64,000 nucleotides of DNA from Alphaproteobacteria bacterium (lineage in GTDB: Bacteria > Pseudomonadota > Alphaproteobacteria > Bin95): contig CBDBGH010000003.1 in assembly GCA_965205265.1 (NCBI GenBank), forward strand, positions 2,144,001-2,208,000, in the 5' to 3' direction. Positions 1-8,925 of the stretch are shown piece by piece. Each line of letters begins with the position of its first letter. The stretch's first letter is position 1. The translations under genes and the position numbers were made by a program. The notes under the pieces are model-generated. The model searched no databases. It saw only the letters and a program-made list of their open reading frames with translations, and was not told where the DNA came from.

Positions 1-1
1 G

Positions 2-121
2 CCGGCGATCCGCGACGGGGTGATGTCGCTGAGCCATGCGCAGTTCGAGGCGCTGTTCTCCGGGCTGGACTGGCGCCGTGTGCGAGCGCTGTCGGCACGG
101 CGCCCGGCTGAGGCCGAATGA
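2..121 (+). CDS. tnpB: IS66 accessory protein TnpB, C-terminal part
   Basis: Frame 2 reads PAIRDGVMSLSHAQFEALFSGLDWRRV...*, a typical IS66 Orf2 C-terminus. Confidence 0.85.
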   Translation, partial: PAIRDGVMSLSHAQFEALFSGLDWRRVRALSARRPAEAE

Positions 122-176
122 CTCACTGGGCGGATCGGGGCGTGCCGCGTCCCGACACTGTGCTACCAGACTGGCC

Positions 177-1820
177 ATGCCGGCCCTTGCGGAGATCGAC
201 CTCGGAACGCTGACGCCCGAACAGCGGGAAGCGGCGGTGCAGGCAATCGCGGCGCTGGAGGTGCTTCGCGCCGAGAACGAGACGCTGGCGGAAGAGAAGG
301 CCTGTCTCGCGGGCGAGAACGAAGTTCTGACGGACCGCAACGGGGCTCAGGCGGAGCGCATCCGCCGTCTCGAACATCTGAACCTCGAACTGATCCGCCT
401 TCTGTATGGCAAGAGGTCGGAGAAGCTGTCGGCGGACGAGCGCCAGCTGGCGTTCGAGGACCTTGAGGGCGCGGCGGCGGAGATCGAAGCAGCGGCCGCG
501 CCGGAAGATCCGACGCCGGCCCAATCGCCGAAGCGTCCTCGCCCGGCGCGCAATATCGGCCACTTGCCGGAGCATCTGGAGCGGATCGAGCAGGTGGTCG
601 AGCCGGAGAGCACGCTCTGCCCCTGCGGCTGCGGGGAGATGGTGAAGATCGGCGAGGATCGCACGGAGCGCCTGGACATCGTGCCGGCGCAGCTTCGGGT
701 GATCGTCACGGTGCGGCCGAAATACGCCTGCCGGGCCTGCGAACAGGGCGTCACCCAGGCGCCGGCGCCGGCCCGGCTGATCGAGGGCGGGTTGCCGACC
801 GAAGGCGCGATCGCCCATGTGCTCGTCTCCAAATACCTGGACCATTGCCCGTTGCACCGGCAGGCGCAGGTCTATGCCCGTTCCGGCCTCGATCTGGACC
901 GCTCGACGCTGGCCGGCTGGGTCGGCAGGGCGTCATTCCATCTGAAACCGGTGGCCGACCGGCTGGCGGAGCATCTCAAGCGCTCTTCGAAGCTGTTCAT
1001 GGACGAGACGCGGGCGCCGGTGCTCGATCCGGGCCGCGGCAGGACCAAGACCGGCTGGCTGTGGGCGCTGGCCCGCGACGACCGTGCCTGGAGCGGACCC
1101 GACCCGCCGGGCGTTGTGTACTTCTATGCGCCCGGGCGCGGCGGTGAATATGCCGAGCGCTTCCTCGACGGCTTCGATGGTATCCTCCAGGTGGATGGCT
1201 ATGCCGGCTACAACCGGCTGACTGGACCGAGCCGCAAGGGCGGCGCGCCGATACGGCTGGCTTACTGCTGGTCCCACGCGAGGCGCCGGCTCCGCGAGAT
1301 CTACGACAGCAGCGGCTCCGAGATCGCGGCAGAGGGCCTGCGCCGGATCGCCGAGCTCTACGCCATCGAGGCCGACATCCGCGGCAGCCCGCCCGAGCAA
1401 CGTCTCGCAGAACGACACGCGCGCTCCGCGCCCCTGGTCGAGGCCTTCGGCGACTGGCTGAAGCAGCAGCGCGCCCGCATCTCGCCCAAGTCCCGCCTCG
1501 GCGAGAAGCTCGCCTATATCGCCCGTCACTGGGACGGCCTCCGGCTGTTCCTCGCCGACGGCCGCGTCGAGATGGACAGCAATGCCGTCGAGAACCTCGC
1601 CCGGCCGATTGCCCTTACAAGGAAAAACGCGCTCTTCGCGGGTCACGACGAAGGCGCAGTCGCCTGGGGCCGGATCGCTTCACTCACCCAGACCGCCAGG
1701 TTGAACGGGGTCGAGCCCTACGCCTGGCTCAAGGCCACCCTCGAAGCCATCGCGGTCGGCCATCCCAACGACCGCATCGACGACCTGCTCCCGTGGAACT
1801 TCAAGCCGTCGTCAAGCTGA
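177..1820 (+). CDS. tnpC: IS66 DDE transposase TnpC
   Basis: Coiled-coil N-terminus, CPCGC...CRAC zinc ribbon, MDET, QVDGYAGY, CWSHARR, DSNAVENLARPIAL, LLPWN; ATG at 177 preferred over 36. Confidence 0.95.
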   Translation: MPALAEIDLGTLTPEQREAAVQAIAALEVLRAENETLAEEKACLAGENEVLTDRNGAQAERIRRLEHLNLELIRLLYGKRSEKLSADERQLAFEDLEGAAAEIEAAAAPEDPTPAQSPKRPRPARNIGHLPEHLERIEQVVEPESTLCPCGCGEMVKIGEDRTERLDIVPAQLRVIVTVRPKYACRACEQGVTQAPAPARLIEGGLPTEGAIAHVLVSKYLDHCPLHRQAQVYARSGLDLDRSTLAGWVGRASFHLKPVADRLAEHLKRSSKLFMDETRAPVLDPGRGRTKTGWLWALARDDRAWSGPDPPGVVYFYAPGRGGEYAERFLDGFDGILQVDGYAGYNRLTGPSRKGGAPIRLAYCWSHARRRLREIYDSSGSEIAAEGLRRIAELYAIEADIRGSPPEQRLAERHARSAPLVEAFGDWLKQQRARISPKSRLGEKLAYIARHWDGLRLFLADGRVEMDSNAVENLARPIALTRKNALFAGHDEGAVAWGRIASLTQTARLNGVEPYAWLKATLEAIAVGHPNDRIDDLLPWNFKPSSS

Positions 1821-1849
1821 AATCCGGGTGACCCGCCCGCATCGCTTAC

Positions 1850-1925
1850 CTTGTTCCGGGCATCTCCCTCCACCGCTTCTCCCGGGGCGGCCGCATGGAT
1901 GCCCGGAACAAGTCCGGGCATGACG
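1850..1925. repeat. CGTC-type REP doublet (hairpin), copy A, left arm truncated by IS66
   Basis: cttgttccgggcatc-N33-gatgcccggaacaagtccgggcatgacg; first 13 nt of the left arm are replaced by the IS66 end. Confidence 0.9.
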
Positions 1926-2165
1926 ATATGGGGGCGGGCATGACGCGGAAGAGAAGGCGCGAAGCCTCGCAAACCTGTTGTCACCCTATCCATATGAGCC
2001 CCAAACATGACATTTCATGACGCTTCCCTGGAATGGGCTCCCGGGTCCGGACAGTCGGGTTGAAGAGAATTGACAGCTGTGCGTGCAATGGAAGGATGGA
2101 CGCTCATGAGGAAGCAGCGCAGGCGCAGCATCCGTAGCCTGGAGAGATTCGGAGACCGGGTTCGG

Positions 2166-2864
2166 ATGGTTCGGTTCCGACCGGTTCTGGTCCTTGCGGC
2201 GGCCATTGCCGTCCATGCGGGGCCGCACCCGGCGGAGGCCGGCGATGCGGACGCCGGTCGTCAGGTGTTCGACCAGTGCAAGGCCTGCCATGAGGTCGGC
2301 GCCGGGGCCCGGCACGGCATCGGCCCGCATCTGAACGGCCTCTTCGGCCGGGTCGCGGCAAGCCATCCGGACTTCATCTATTCCGGGAGCTTCCTCCGGC
2401 TCAGGGACGACGGGCATGTCTGGAGCGCCGAGACGCTCGACGCCCTCATCGGGGAGCCGGCCGCCGTCGCCCCCGACTCCCGGATGACCTTCGACGGGAT
2501 TGCGGATGCAGGCGCGCGGGCCGACCTGGTCGCCTTCCTGCAAAGCATCGGGGACGGGACCGGCGTGGCGCTGATTTCCGGCAGCGCCGAGGACCACGGC
2601 ATCGATCCGGCCGTTCTGGCCATCGAGGGCGACCCCGAATACGGCGCCTGGCTCAGCGGCGAGTGCACGACCTGCCACCGGGCGGACGGAGGCGACAAGG
2701 GCATACCCTCCATCCTGCGCTGGCCGGTGGACCGGTTCGTCATCGCGATGCACGATTACAGGAACAAGCGCCGCGAGCACCCGGTCATGCAGATGATTGC
2801 GGCGCGGCTCGGCGACGAGGAAATCGCCGCGCTTGCCGCCTACTTCGCCAATCCCGCAGAATGA
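2166..2864 (+). CDS. soxE: Diheme c-type cytochrome, SoxE-like
   Basis: Signal peptide, CKACH and CTTCH heme motifs, directly upstream of soxF-like gene; start uncertain (2070-2166). Confidence 0.75.
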   Translation: MVRFRPVLVLAAAIAVHAGPHPAEAGDADAGRQVFDQCKACHEVGAGARHGIGPHLNGLFGRVAASHPDFIYSGSFLRLRDDGHVWSAETLDALIGEPAAVAPDSRMTFDGIADAGARADLVAFLQSIGDGTGVALISGSAEDHGIDPAVLAIEGDPEYGAWLSGECTTCHRADGGDKGIPSILRWPVDRFVIAMHDYRNKRREHPVMQMIAARLGDEEIAALAAYFANPAE

Positions 2865-2917
2865 GGACCCAACCCGCCCGTCACGACGACAACGCAACGC
2901 ACAAGGAGGAACCTGCT

Positions 2918-4180
2918 ATGAAACTCGACAGGAGATCATTCGTCGGCTCGACGGCCGCTACCGCGGCCTTGCTTGCAGCGCCGGCAGCCATCGGCCAGGG
3001 CCGCCCTCGCGTGGTCGTCATCGGCGGCGGCGCCGGCGGCGCCACGGCGGCGCGCTACATCGCCAGGGACAGCAAGGGCGCCATAGACGTCACCCTCGTG
3101 GAGCCGACCCGCACCTACTACACCTGCTTCTTCTCGAACCTCTATATCGGAGGCTTCAAGGAAGTCGCGGATATCGGGCACACTTACGGCCGGCTCGCCA
3201 GCGCCCACGGCGTCAATGTCGTGCATGACTGGGCCGTCGGCGTGGACCGCACGGCCAAGACGGTGAGCCTCGCAGGGGGCGCCACGCTCTCCTATGACAG
3301 GCTTATCCTCTCGCCGGGCATCGACTTCGTCGAAGGGGCCGTGGAGGGCTGGGATGTCGGCGCGCAGAACGCAATGCCGCACGCCTACAAGGCCGGCTCG
3401 CAGAGCGAACTGTTACGGGCGCAGGTCCGCGCCATGCCGGAGGGCGGCGTTTACGCCATGGTCGCCCCGCCCAACCCGTTTCGGTGCCCGCCGGGACCCT
3501 ATGAGCGCATCTGCATGGTGGCGCACCACCTCAAGGCCCACAATCCGACGGCGAAGATCATCATCGCCGATCCGAAGCCCAAATTCTCCAAGATGGGGCT
3601 CTTCCAGGAGGGCTGGGCCGACCACTATGGCGGCATGATCGACTGGATCGGGCCGGAGTTCGGCGGCGACAAGGTGTCGGTCGATCCCGCCGGCATGACC
3701 GTCATCATCGACGGCGAAGAGACGAAGGTAGATGTCTGCAACGTCATTCCGGCCATGAAGGCCGGGCGCATTGCCGAGCTTGCCCGCGTCACCGACGGCA
3801 ACTGGGCCCCGGTCAGCGCCTACGACATGTCCTCGAAGGCGGACGCGGATGTCCATGTCCTCGGCGATGCCGCCCAGCAGGGCGACATGCCGAAATCGGG
3901 CTTCTCGGCCAACAGCCAGGCGAAGGTCTGCGCCAATGCCGTGCGCGGCGCGCTCACCGGGTCGAAGGTGTTCCCGGCCAGATACTCCAATACCTGCTGG
4001 TCGCTCATCTCGACGGAGAACGGCGTCAAGGTCGGCGCGTCCTACGAGGCGACCGACGAGAAGATCGCCAAGACGGACGGCTTCATCTCCAAGACCGGCG
4101 AAACTGCGGAGCTGCGCAAGGCCACCTACGAAGAGTCGGAAGGCTGGTATTCCGGCATCACGGCCGACATCTTCGGCTGA
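2918..4180 (+). CDS. soxF: Flavocytochrome c sulfide dehydrogenase flavoprotein (SoxF/FccB)
   Basis: Tat signal DRRSF, GGGAGG, YYTCFFSN, RCPPGPYER, MPKSGFSANSQAK, NTCWSL; RBS aggagg. Confidence 0.92.
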   Translation: MKLDRRSFVGSTAATAALLAAPAAIGQGRPRVVVIGGGAGGATAARYIARDSKGAIDVTLVEPTRTYYTCFFSNLYIGGFKEVADIGHTYGRLASAHGVNVVHDWAVGVDRTAKTVSLAGGATLSYDRLILSPGIDFVEGAVEGWDVGAQNAMPHAYKAGSQSELLRAQVRAMPEGGVYAMVAPPNPFRCPPGPYERICMVAHHLKAHNPTAKIIIADPKPKFSKMGLFQEGWADHYGGMIDWIGPEFGGDKVSVDPAGMTVIIDGEETKVDVCNVIPAMKAGRIAELARVTDGNWAPVSAYDMSSKADADVHVLGDAAQQGDMPKSGFSANSQAKVCANAVRGALTGSKVFPARYSNTCWSLISTENGVKVGASYEATDEKIAKTDGFISKTGETAELRKATYEESEGWYSGITADIFG

Positions 4181-4275
4181 CCGTGCAACGCCGCCGGCGC
4201 GGCGCAAGGGGAGCATGAGGCACCCGGTTGGCGCCTCCTCCCCGCCGCTTGCGCCGGCGCCTCGCCCCCGTTGCG

Positions 4276-4310
4276 TTGACGGTATTTCGGGGGGGGGGGG
4301 GGGGTACACT
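4276..4310 (+). promoter_or_regulatory. Putative sigma70 promoter with G16 homopolymer in the spacer
   Basis: TTGACG (4276-4281), G16 (4289-4304), TACACT (4305-4310), about 50 nt upstream of the sulfite dehydrogenase ATG. Confidence 0.55.
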
Positions 4311-4362
4311 GGAAGGTAGCGATGTCTTGAAGAAGCGCACACGAACGACCGGGGAGGAAGAC

Positions 4363-5658
4363 ATGCCAAAGGATTCTCACGAAAACAAAGGACTTTACGC
4401 ATATTTCGCGGAAAACCCGGAGGAGGCGCGCCGGCAGTTTTTCGAGCCGGCGCCGGGGTTGAGCCGGCGCGGTTTCTTCGCCGGCGCCGGGCTGGCGGCC
4501 GCGGGCGGCCTGCTCGGCATGACGATCCCCTTCTACGCCAACATGCCGCGCGGGCTGGTGCCGGCCGCCTTCGCTTCCGAGGACGTGCTGGTCGGCAAGG
4601 ACGGGCTGACGCTCCTCAACGACCGGCCGATCAATGCCGAAACGCCGGCGCACCTGCTCGACGACGCGATCACGCCCACCGACCGGCACTTCATCCGCAA
4701 TAACGGCCTGCCTCCGGAAGAGGCCGATGCCGCCGGCTGGACGCTCGCCGTGGACGGGCTGGTGGACAACCCGATGGAGCTGTCCATCGAGGACCTGAAG
4801 ACCGGGTTCGAGGTGGTGACCATGGCGCTCACCATCGAGTGCGGCGGCAACGGACGGGCCTTTTTCGACCCGCCGGCGCGGGGCAACCAGTGGACGGTCG
4901 GCGCGGTCGGCTGCTCGGAGTGGACCGGCGTCAGGCTTGCCGATGTGCTGAAGAAGGCCGGGGTCAGGCCGGGCGCGGTCTATACCGCGCATTACGGCGC
5001 CGACACCCATCTCTCCGGCAAGGAGGGCAAGCTGCCGATCTCGCGCGGCGTGCCGATCGCCAAGGCCATGACCGACAATGTGCTGATCGCCTTTGCGATG
5101 AACGGCGGGCCGCTGCACAGGCAGAACGGCGCGCCGCTCCGCCTCGTCGTGCCGGGCTGGCCGGGCTCCTGCTCGCAGAAATGGCTGAAACGCATCCAGC
5201 TTCGCGACATCGTGCATGACGGGCCGAAGATGACGGGCACCTCCTACCGGGTGCCGCGCTATCCGGTCGCTCCCGGCGACAAGGTGCCGAAGGAGGACTT
5301 CGACATCATCGAGCGCATGCCGGTGAAGAGCCTCGTGACATCGCCGGAGAACGGCGGTGCGGCGGGCCGGGAGGTGGAGGTGCGCGGCCACGCCTGGTCG
5401 GGAGACCGCACGGTTTCCGCCGTCGATCTTTCGAACGATTTCGGCAAGAGCTGGATGGCGGCCGAGCTGGACGGGCCGGTCAATCCCGGCGCATGGCAGA
5501 ACTGGCGGCGCACGGTCGCCTTCCCCGAGGCCGGTTATTACGAGGTCTGGGCGCGGGCGACCGACAGCGCCGGCGAGATGCAGCCCTTCGCCATCGACTG
5601 GAACCCGAAAGGCTATCTCAACAACACCATGCACCGGGTCGCGCTGCGCGTGGCCTGA
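4363..5658 (+). CDS. Periplasmic molybdopterin sulfite dehydrogenase/oxidase (SorT/SorA-like)
   Basis: Tat SRRGFF, HFIRNNG, ECGGNGR, NGAPLRLVVPGWPGSCSQKWL, WARATD, WNPKGYLNN; RBS ggagg. Confidence 0.9.
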   Translation: MPKDSHENKGLYAYFAENPEEARRQFFEPAPGLSRRGFFAGAGLAAAGGLLGMTIPFYANMPRGLVPAAFASEDVLVGKDGLTLLNDRPINAETPAHLLDDAITPTDRHFIRNNGLPPEEADAAGWTLAVDGLVDNPMELSIEDLKTGFEVVTMALTIECGGNGRAFFDPPARGNQWTVGAVGCSEWTGVRLADVLKKAGVRPGAVYTAHYGADTHLSGKEGKLPISRGVPIAKAMTDNVLIAFAMNGGPLHRQNGAPLRLVVPGWPGSCSQKWLKRIQLRDIVHDGPKMTGTSYRVPRYPVAPGDKVPKEDFDIIERMPVKSLVTSPENGGAAGREVEVRGHAWSGDRTVSAVDLSNDFGKSWMAAELDGPVNPGAWQNWRRTVAFPEAGYYEVWARATDSAGEMQPFAIDWNPKGYLNNTMHRVALRVA

Positions 5659-5666
5659 CCGCGCCG

Positions 5667-6362
5667 ATGCGGACCGTCATGGCGGCGGCGCTGCTGCTTG
5701 CCTGCGCAGCGGCAGCGCCCGCCGGCGCGGCCGAACTGGAGGCCCGCCTCGCCGCGGCCGATCCCGCGCGCGGCAAGAAGGTGTTTCGCAAGTGCGCCGC
5801 CTGCCACACGGCCGAGAAGGGCGGCCGCAAGAAGATCGGGCCCAATCTCTGGGGCATTGTCGGCGCGCCGGTCGGGGCGAGGGAAGGATTCGGCTATTCC
5901 AGGGCGATGACGGCGTTCGGCGGCAGCTGGTCGCCGGAGCGCCTCGACGCCTATCTGGCGAAGCCGCGCGCGGTGGTGAAGGGCGGCTCGATGAGCTTCG
6001 CCGGGCTGAAACGCGGACGCGACCGCGCCGATGTCATCGCCTTCCTGAACGGGATGAGCGACAGCCCGGCCGATTTCGGGAGGGCGTCTGCGGCGCCGGC
6101 CGTTCCGCAGGCCCCGGAGCCGGAGGACTTCGGCCTGATGGTCAGCGCGCCCGGCGCCTCCGAGACCTTCGACGCCTGCACGCCCTGCCACTCGGAGCGG
6201 ATCGTCGTGCAGCAGGGCCTGACGCGGGAGCAATGGGACGAGCTTATGGTGTGGATGGTCGAGGAGCAGGAGATGGAGCCGATAGAGGACAACGCGCTCG
6301 CGGTCATCCTCGACTATCTGGCGGAGCATTACGGCCCCGACCGCCCGAACTTCCCGCGCTGA
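5667..6362 (+). CDS. Two-domain cytochrome c (class I domain plus SorU/SorB-like domain), probable acceptor for the sulfite dehydrogenase
   Basis: Signal peptide, CAACH...IGPNLWGIVG and CTPCHSERIVVQQGLTREQW...YLAEHYGP. Confidence 0.82.
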   Translation: MRTVMAAALLLACAAAAPAGAAELEARLAAADPARGKKVFRKCAACHTAEKGGRKKIGPNLWGIVGAPVGAREGFGYSRAMTAFGGSWSPERLDAYLAKPRAVVKGGSMSFAGLKRGRDRADVIAFLNGMSDSPADFGRASAAPAVPQAPEPEDFGLMVSAPGASETFDACTPCHSERIVVQQGLTREQWDELMVWMVEEQEMEPIEDNALAVILDYLAEHYGPDRPNFPR

Positions 6363-6528
6363 CAGGCGGCATCCGATACAGATTGCAGCGTCCGCCCCCA
6401 GCCCGGCCCTTCAGGATGGCTCCGCGAATGCCGCGATACACCTCTGCAATCAATTCTATTTTCAAAAGCTGTACCCCTTCGCCCCCTCCTGTTACCAACT
6501 TTCTTATATCTGACTCTTGACTATTCAC
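6304..6528 (-). pseudogene. Possible truncated third gene of the AT-rich cassette (Schlafen/AlbA_2-like N-terminus)
   Basis: GTG overlaps the original HEPN stop (GTGA at 6525-6528); IRKLVTGGGEGVQL resembles AlbA_2 N-termini; the frame then runs into GC-rich host DNA. Confidence 0.3.
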
Positions 6529-6575
6529 GAGAATATAACTTCAGAAAAATCAATAATGAAGCGCTTGGATCTACT
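6525..6575 (-). pseudogene. Orphaned native 3' end of the HEPN gene (SRSKRFIIDFSEVIFS*)
   Basis: In-frame continuation of the HEPN ORF across the 14-bp target duplication. Confidence 0.8.
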
Positions 6576-8491
6576 CCTGACTTCGACGGTTGGGCTGACT
6601 TCTGACCGATCTCGCGTCTGGAGTTTTCAGTAAAGCCAATGAGTTGGCAGTTGCGGTGCGGTCAAGCTGCGTTGTAGTGCCTAGTAAATCTTTGAGACTG
6701 TCAATGCCTCCGCCACGCGCTACACTCCCCCCATGTTCGTGCGCATCAAGACCTCCCCCAACAGCCCGCGACGCTCGGTCCAGATCGTCGAGGCCGTGCG
6801 CGACGGCGGCAAGGTCCGACAGCGCATCGTCCGCCATGTCGGCGTGGCCATGGACGAGGACGAGCTCGAGCGCCTGAGGCAGCTCGGCGAGTACGTCAAG
6901 GCGAAGCTGGAGGACGAGCGTCAGCCGGCATTGTTTGCGCCCGAGAAGATCGCTGAGCAGGCGATCCGTGTCGGCCGCCGGGGGGACGGCAAGGAGGAAC
7001 TCCCGGTCGACCTCAAGCAGCTTGAAGAGGAGCAGCGCCTGATCACAGGCATCCACGAGGTCTATGGCGAGATCTACCGGCTGCTGGGCCTCGACGCGCT
7101 GCTGCCGCGCTCGCGCTACCGGGCCTCCCATGACGCGCTGTTCCATGTGGTGATGGCGCGGGTAGCCAACCCCGACAGCAAGCGGGGCAGCGTGCGCCGG
7201 CTCGAGGAGGACTTCGGCGTGAGTCTTCCGCTCGAGAAGGTCTACCGGATGATGGATCAGCTCGACGCGACGGTGATCGAGCGACTGCGCACGCGCGTCG
7301 GCGAGGCGAGCCGGTCGCTGCTGCCGGAGCCGGTCGCGATCCTCTTCTTCGATTGCACCACGCTCTACTTCGAGACGGCCGCCGAGGACGAGCTTCGCCA
7401 GCACGGCTTCAGCAAGGACGGCAAACACAAGGACTCGCAGGTTCTGCTGGCGCTGATGGTGACGCGCGAAGGGCTGCCGATCAGCTACGAGGTCTTCCCC
7501 GGCGCCACCTACGAGGGACACAGCATGGTCCCGGTCCTGCAGGACATGCAGCGCCGCCACCAGGTGGAGCGCACGGTATGCGTGGCCGACCGGGGCATGC
7601 TGAGCGCCGACAACCTCGACGCCATGGACGCCATCGGCGGCGAGTATGTCGTCGGCGCGCGGCTGCGCAAGCTGCCGCTCGCGCTGCTGGGGCAGGTTCT
7701 CGACCCCGGGACCTATGCCCCGCTGGAGGGCTCACAGGACCGCCGGGTCGGCGAGTGGGAGTACAAGGGCCGTCGCCTGATCGTCGTCTTCTGCCCCCAG
7801 CGCGCACGCAAGGACGCGCACGAGCGCCGCCATCAGGTGGAACGCCTGCTCGACAGGCTGGCCCGCAGCGACAATCCCAGGGAACTGCTCTCCAATCACG
7901 GGGCGAAGCGCTTCATCGCCGTCGAGGGCGACGCACGGCTCACGGTGAACCCGGAGAAGATCGCCGAGGCCGCACGATGGGACGGGCTCACCGGCGTCAT
8001 CACCAATCTGCGCGACGCGCGCGTCACCGAAGTGATGGCTCACTACCAGGGGCTCTGGCAGGTCGAGGAGAGCTTCCGGATCACCAAACACGACCTGAAG
8101 ATACGTCCCATCTGGCACTGGAACCCGGACCGGATCCGCGCTCACATCGCCATCGCCTTCCTGGCCTTCGCCTGCGTTCGACACCTTGCGTACCGCGTCG
8201 CCATCCAGAAGCGGCGGATGTCCCCGGAGGTCATCCGCTCCGCCCTCGTCCACCGCCAGTGCTCCCTGCTGCGCTGTCGGCAATCGGGCAACCGCTACGT
8301 CATCCCCTCGAAGCCGACACCGGCGGCGGAGCAGATTTACGCAACCATGGGGCTGCCCCTGACGATCACCCCGTATCAACTCGCCTGACCGTCGACGAAG
8401 CACGGCTCGAAGAAATGCCGGATGTAGTGCCTAGCCGAAATGAGAACCAGGCAATATCAACTACTTATGCGAATCAACCGTCGAAGTCAGG
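6576..8491 (+). mobile_element. IS1634-family insertion sequence, copy 1 (1916 bp)
   Basis: Terminal IRs CCTGACTTCGACGGTTG / CAACCGTCGAAGTCAGG; 14-bp direct repeat cgcttggatctact at 6562-6575 and 8492-8505. Confidence 0.95.
6733..8388 (+). CDS. IS1634-family DDE transposase
   Basis: FFDCTTLYFE, GFSKDGK, VADRGM, YQGLWQVEESFRITKHDLKIRPIWHW, IRAHIAIAF. Confidence 0.93.
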   Translation: MFVRIKTSPNSPRRSVQIVEAVRDGGKVRQRIVRHVGVAMDEDELERLRQLGEYVKAKLEDERQPALFAPEKIAEQAIRVGRRGDGKEELPVDLKQLEEEQRLITGIHEVYGEIYRLLGLDALLPRSRYRASHDALFHVVMARVANPDSKRGSVRRLEEDFGVSLPLEKVYRMMDQLDATVIERLRTRVGEASRSLLPEPVAILFFDCTTLYFETAAEDELRQHGFSKDGKHKDSQVLLALMVTREGLPISYEVFPGATYEGHSMVPVLQDMQRRHQVERTVCVADRGMLSADNLDAMDAIGGEYVVGARLRKLPLALLGQVLDPGTYAPLEGSQDRRVGEWEYKGRRLIVVFCPQRARKDAHERRHQVERLLDRLARSDNPRELLSNHGAKRFIAVEGDARLTVNPEKIAEAARWDGLTGVITNLRDARVTEVMAHYQGLWQVEESFRITKHDLKIRPIWHWNPDRIRAHIAIAFLAFACVRHLAYRVAIQKRRMSPEVIRSALVHRQCSLLRCRQSGNRYVIPSKPTPAAEQIYATMGLPLTITPYQLA

Positions 8492-8925
8492 CGCTTGGAT
8501 CTACTGTAATAGTCCTTAACTGTCCTGTATCCAGTCCCGTTTGGTTTTCCATGTGCAATTTGATCCCGTAAGGTCTTCAGGCTGTCAATCGCCGATATAT
8601 TCTCAATAGCAGTATTTGCCTCAATGGTGGGCCACCAATCTTTGTCAAAATCCCGCAATACCCTTTCGATTTTTTCGCAGTTCAGTGAATTATTTCTACC
8701 TACCGACTTTTCTACAAATCGTGCCATCCTTAGATTTCCACGAGTTCGCCCGTATTCCGAAAGGATAGCCGCGACGCTATCTTCAACATATCCTGCTCCT
8801 GCCAATACGATATGATTAGCAAACACGTTTTGAATTATTGGCTCAACCTCGTCAATAGTTGTATCCAAGGTTAAAAGCAACGCATCTATCCGATTCTCAT
8901 TTTGAGTTACTCTAAGCGGCAGCAT
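8461..8925 (-). CDS. HEPN-domain putative RNase (MAE_28990/RiboL-PSP-like); C-terminus replaced by IS sequence
   Basis: GYVE motif and Rx4H motif LRDQIAHG; coupled to the DUF262 gene; AT-rich. Confidence 0.75.
   Translation of the reverse strand: MLPLRVTQNENRIDALLLTLDTTIDEVEPIIQNVFANHIVLAGAGYVEDSVAAILSEYGRTRGNLRMARFVEKSVGRNNSLNCEKIERVLRDFDKDWWPTIEANTAIENISAIDSLKTLRDQIAHGKPNGTGYRTVKDYYSRSKRLTSTVDSHK

Larger units (their letters stand above)
1..1849 (+). mobile_element. IS66-family insertion sequence, right part (left end outside window)
   Basis: TnpB C-terminus, TnpC gene and the IS66-type terminus CGCTTAC (reverse complement GTAAGCG) at 1843-1849. Confidence 0.93.
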
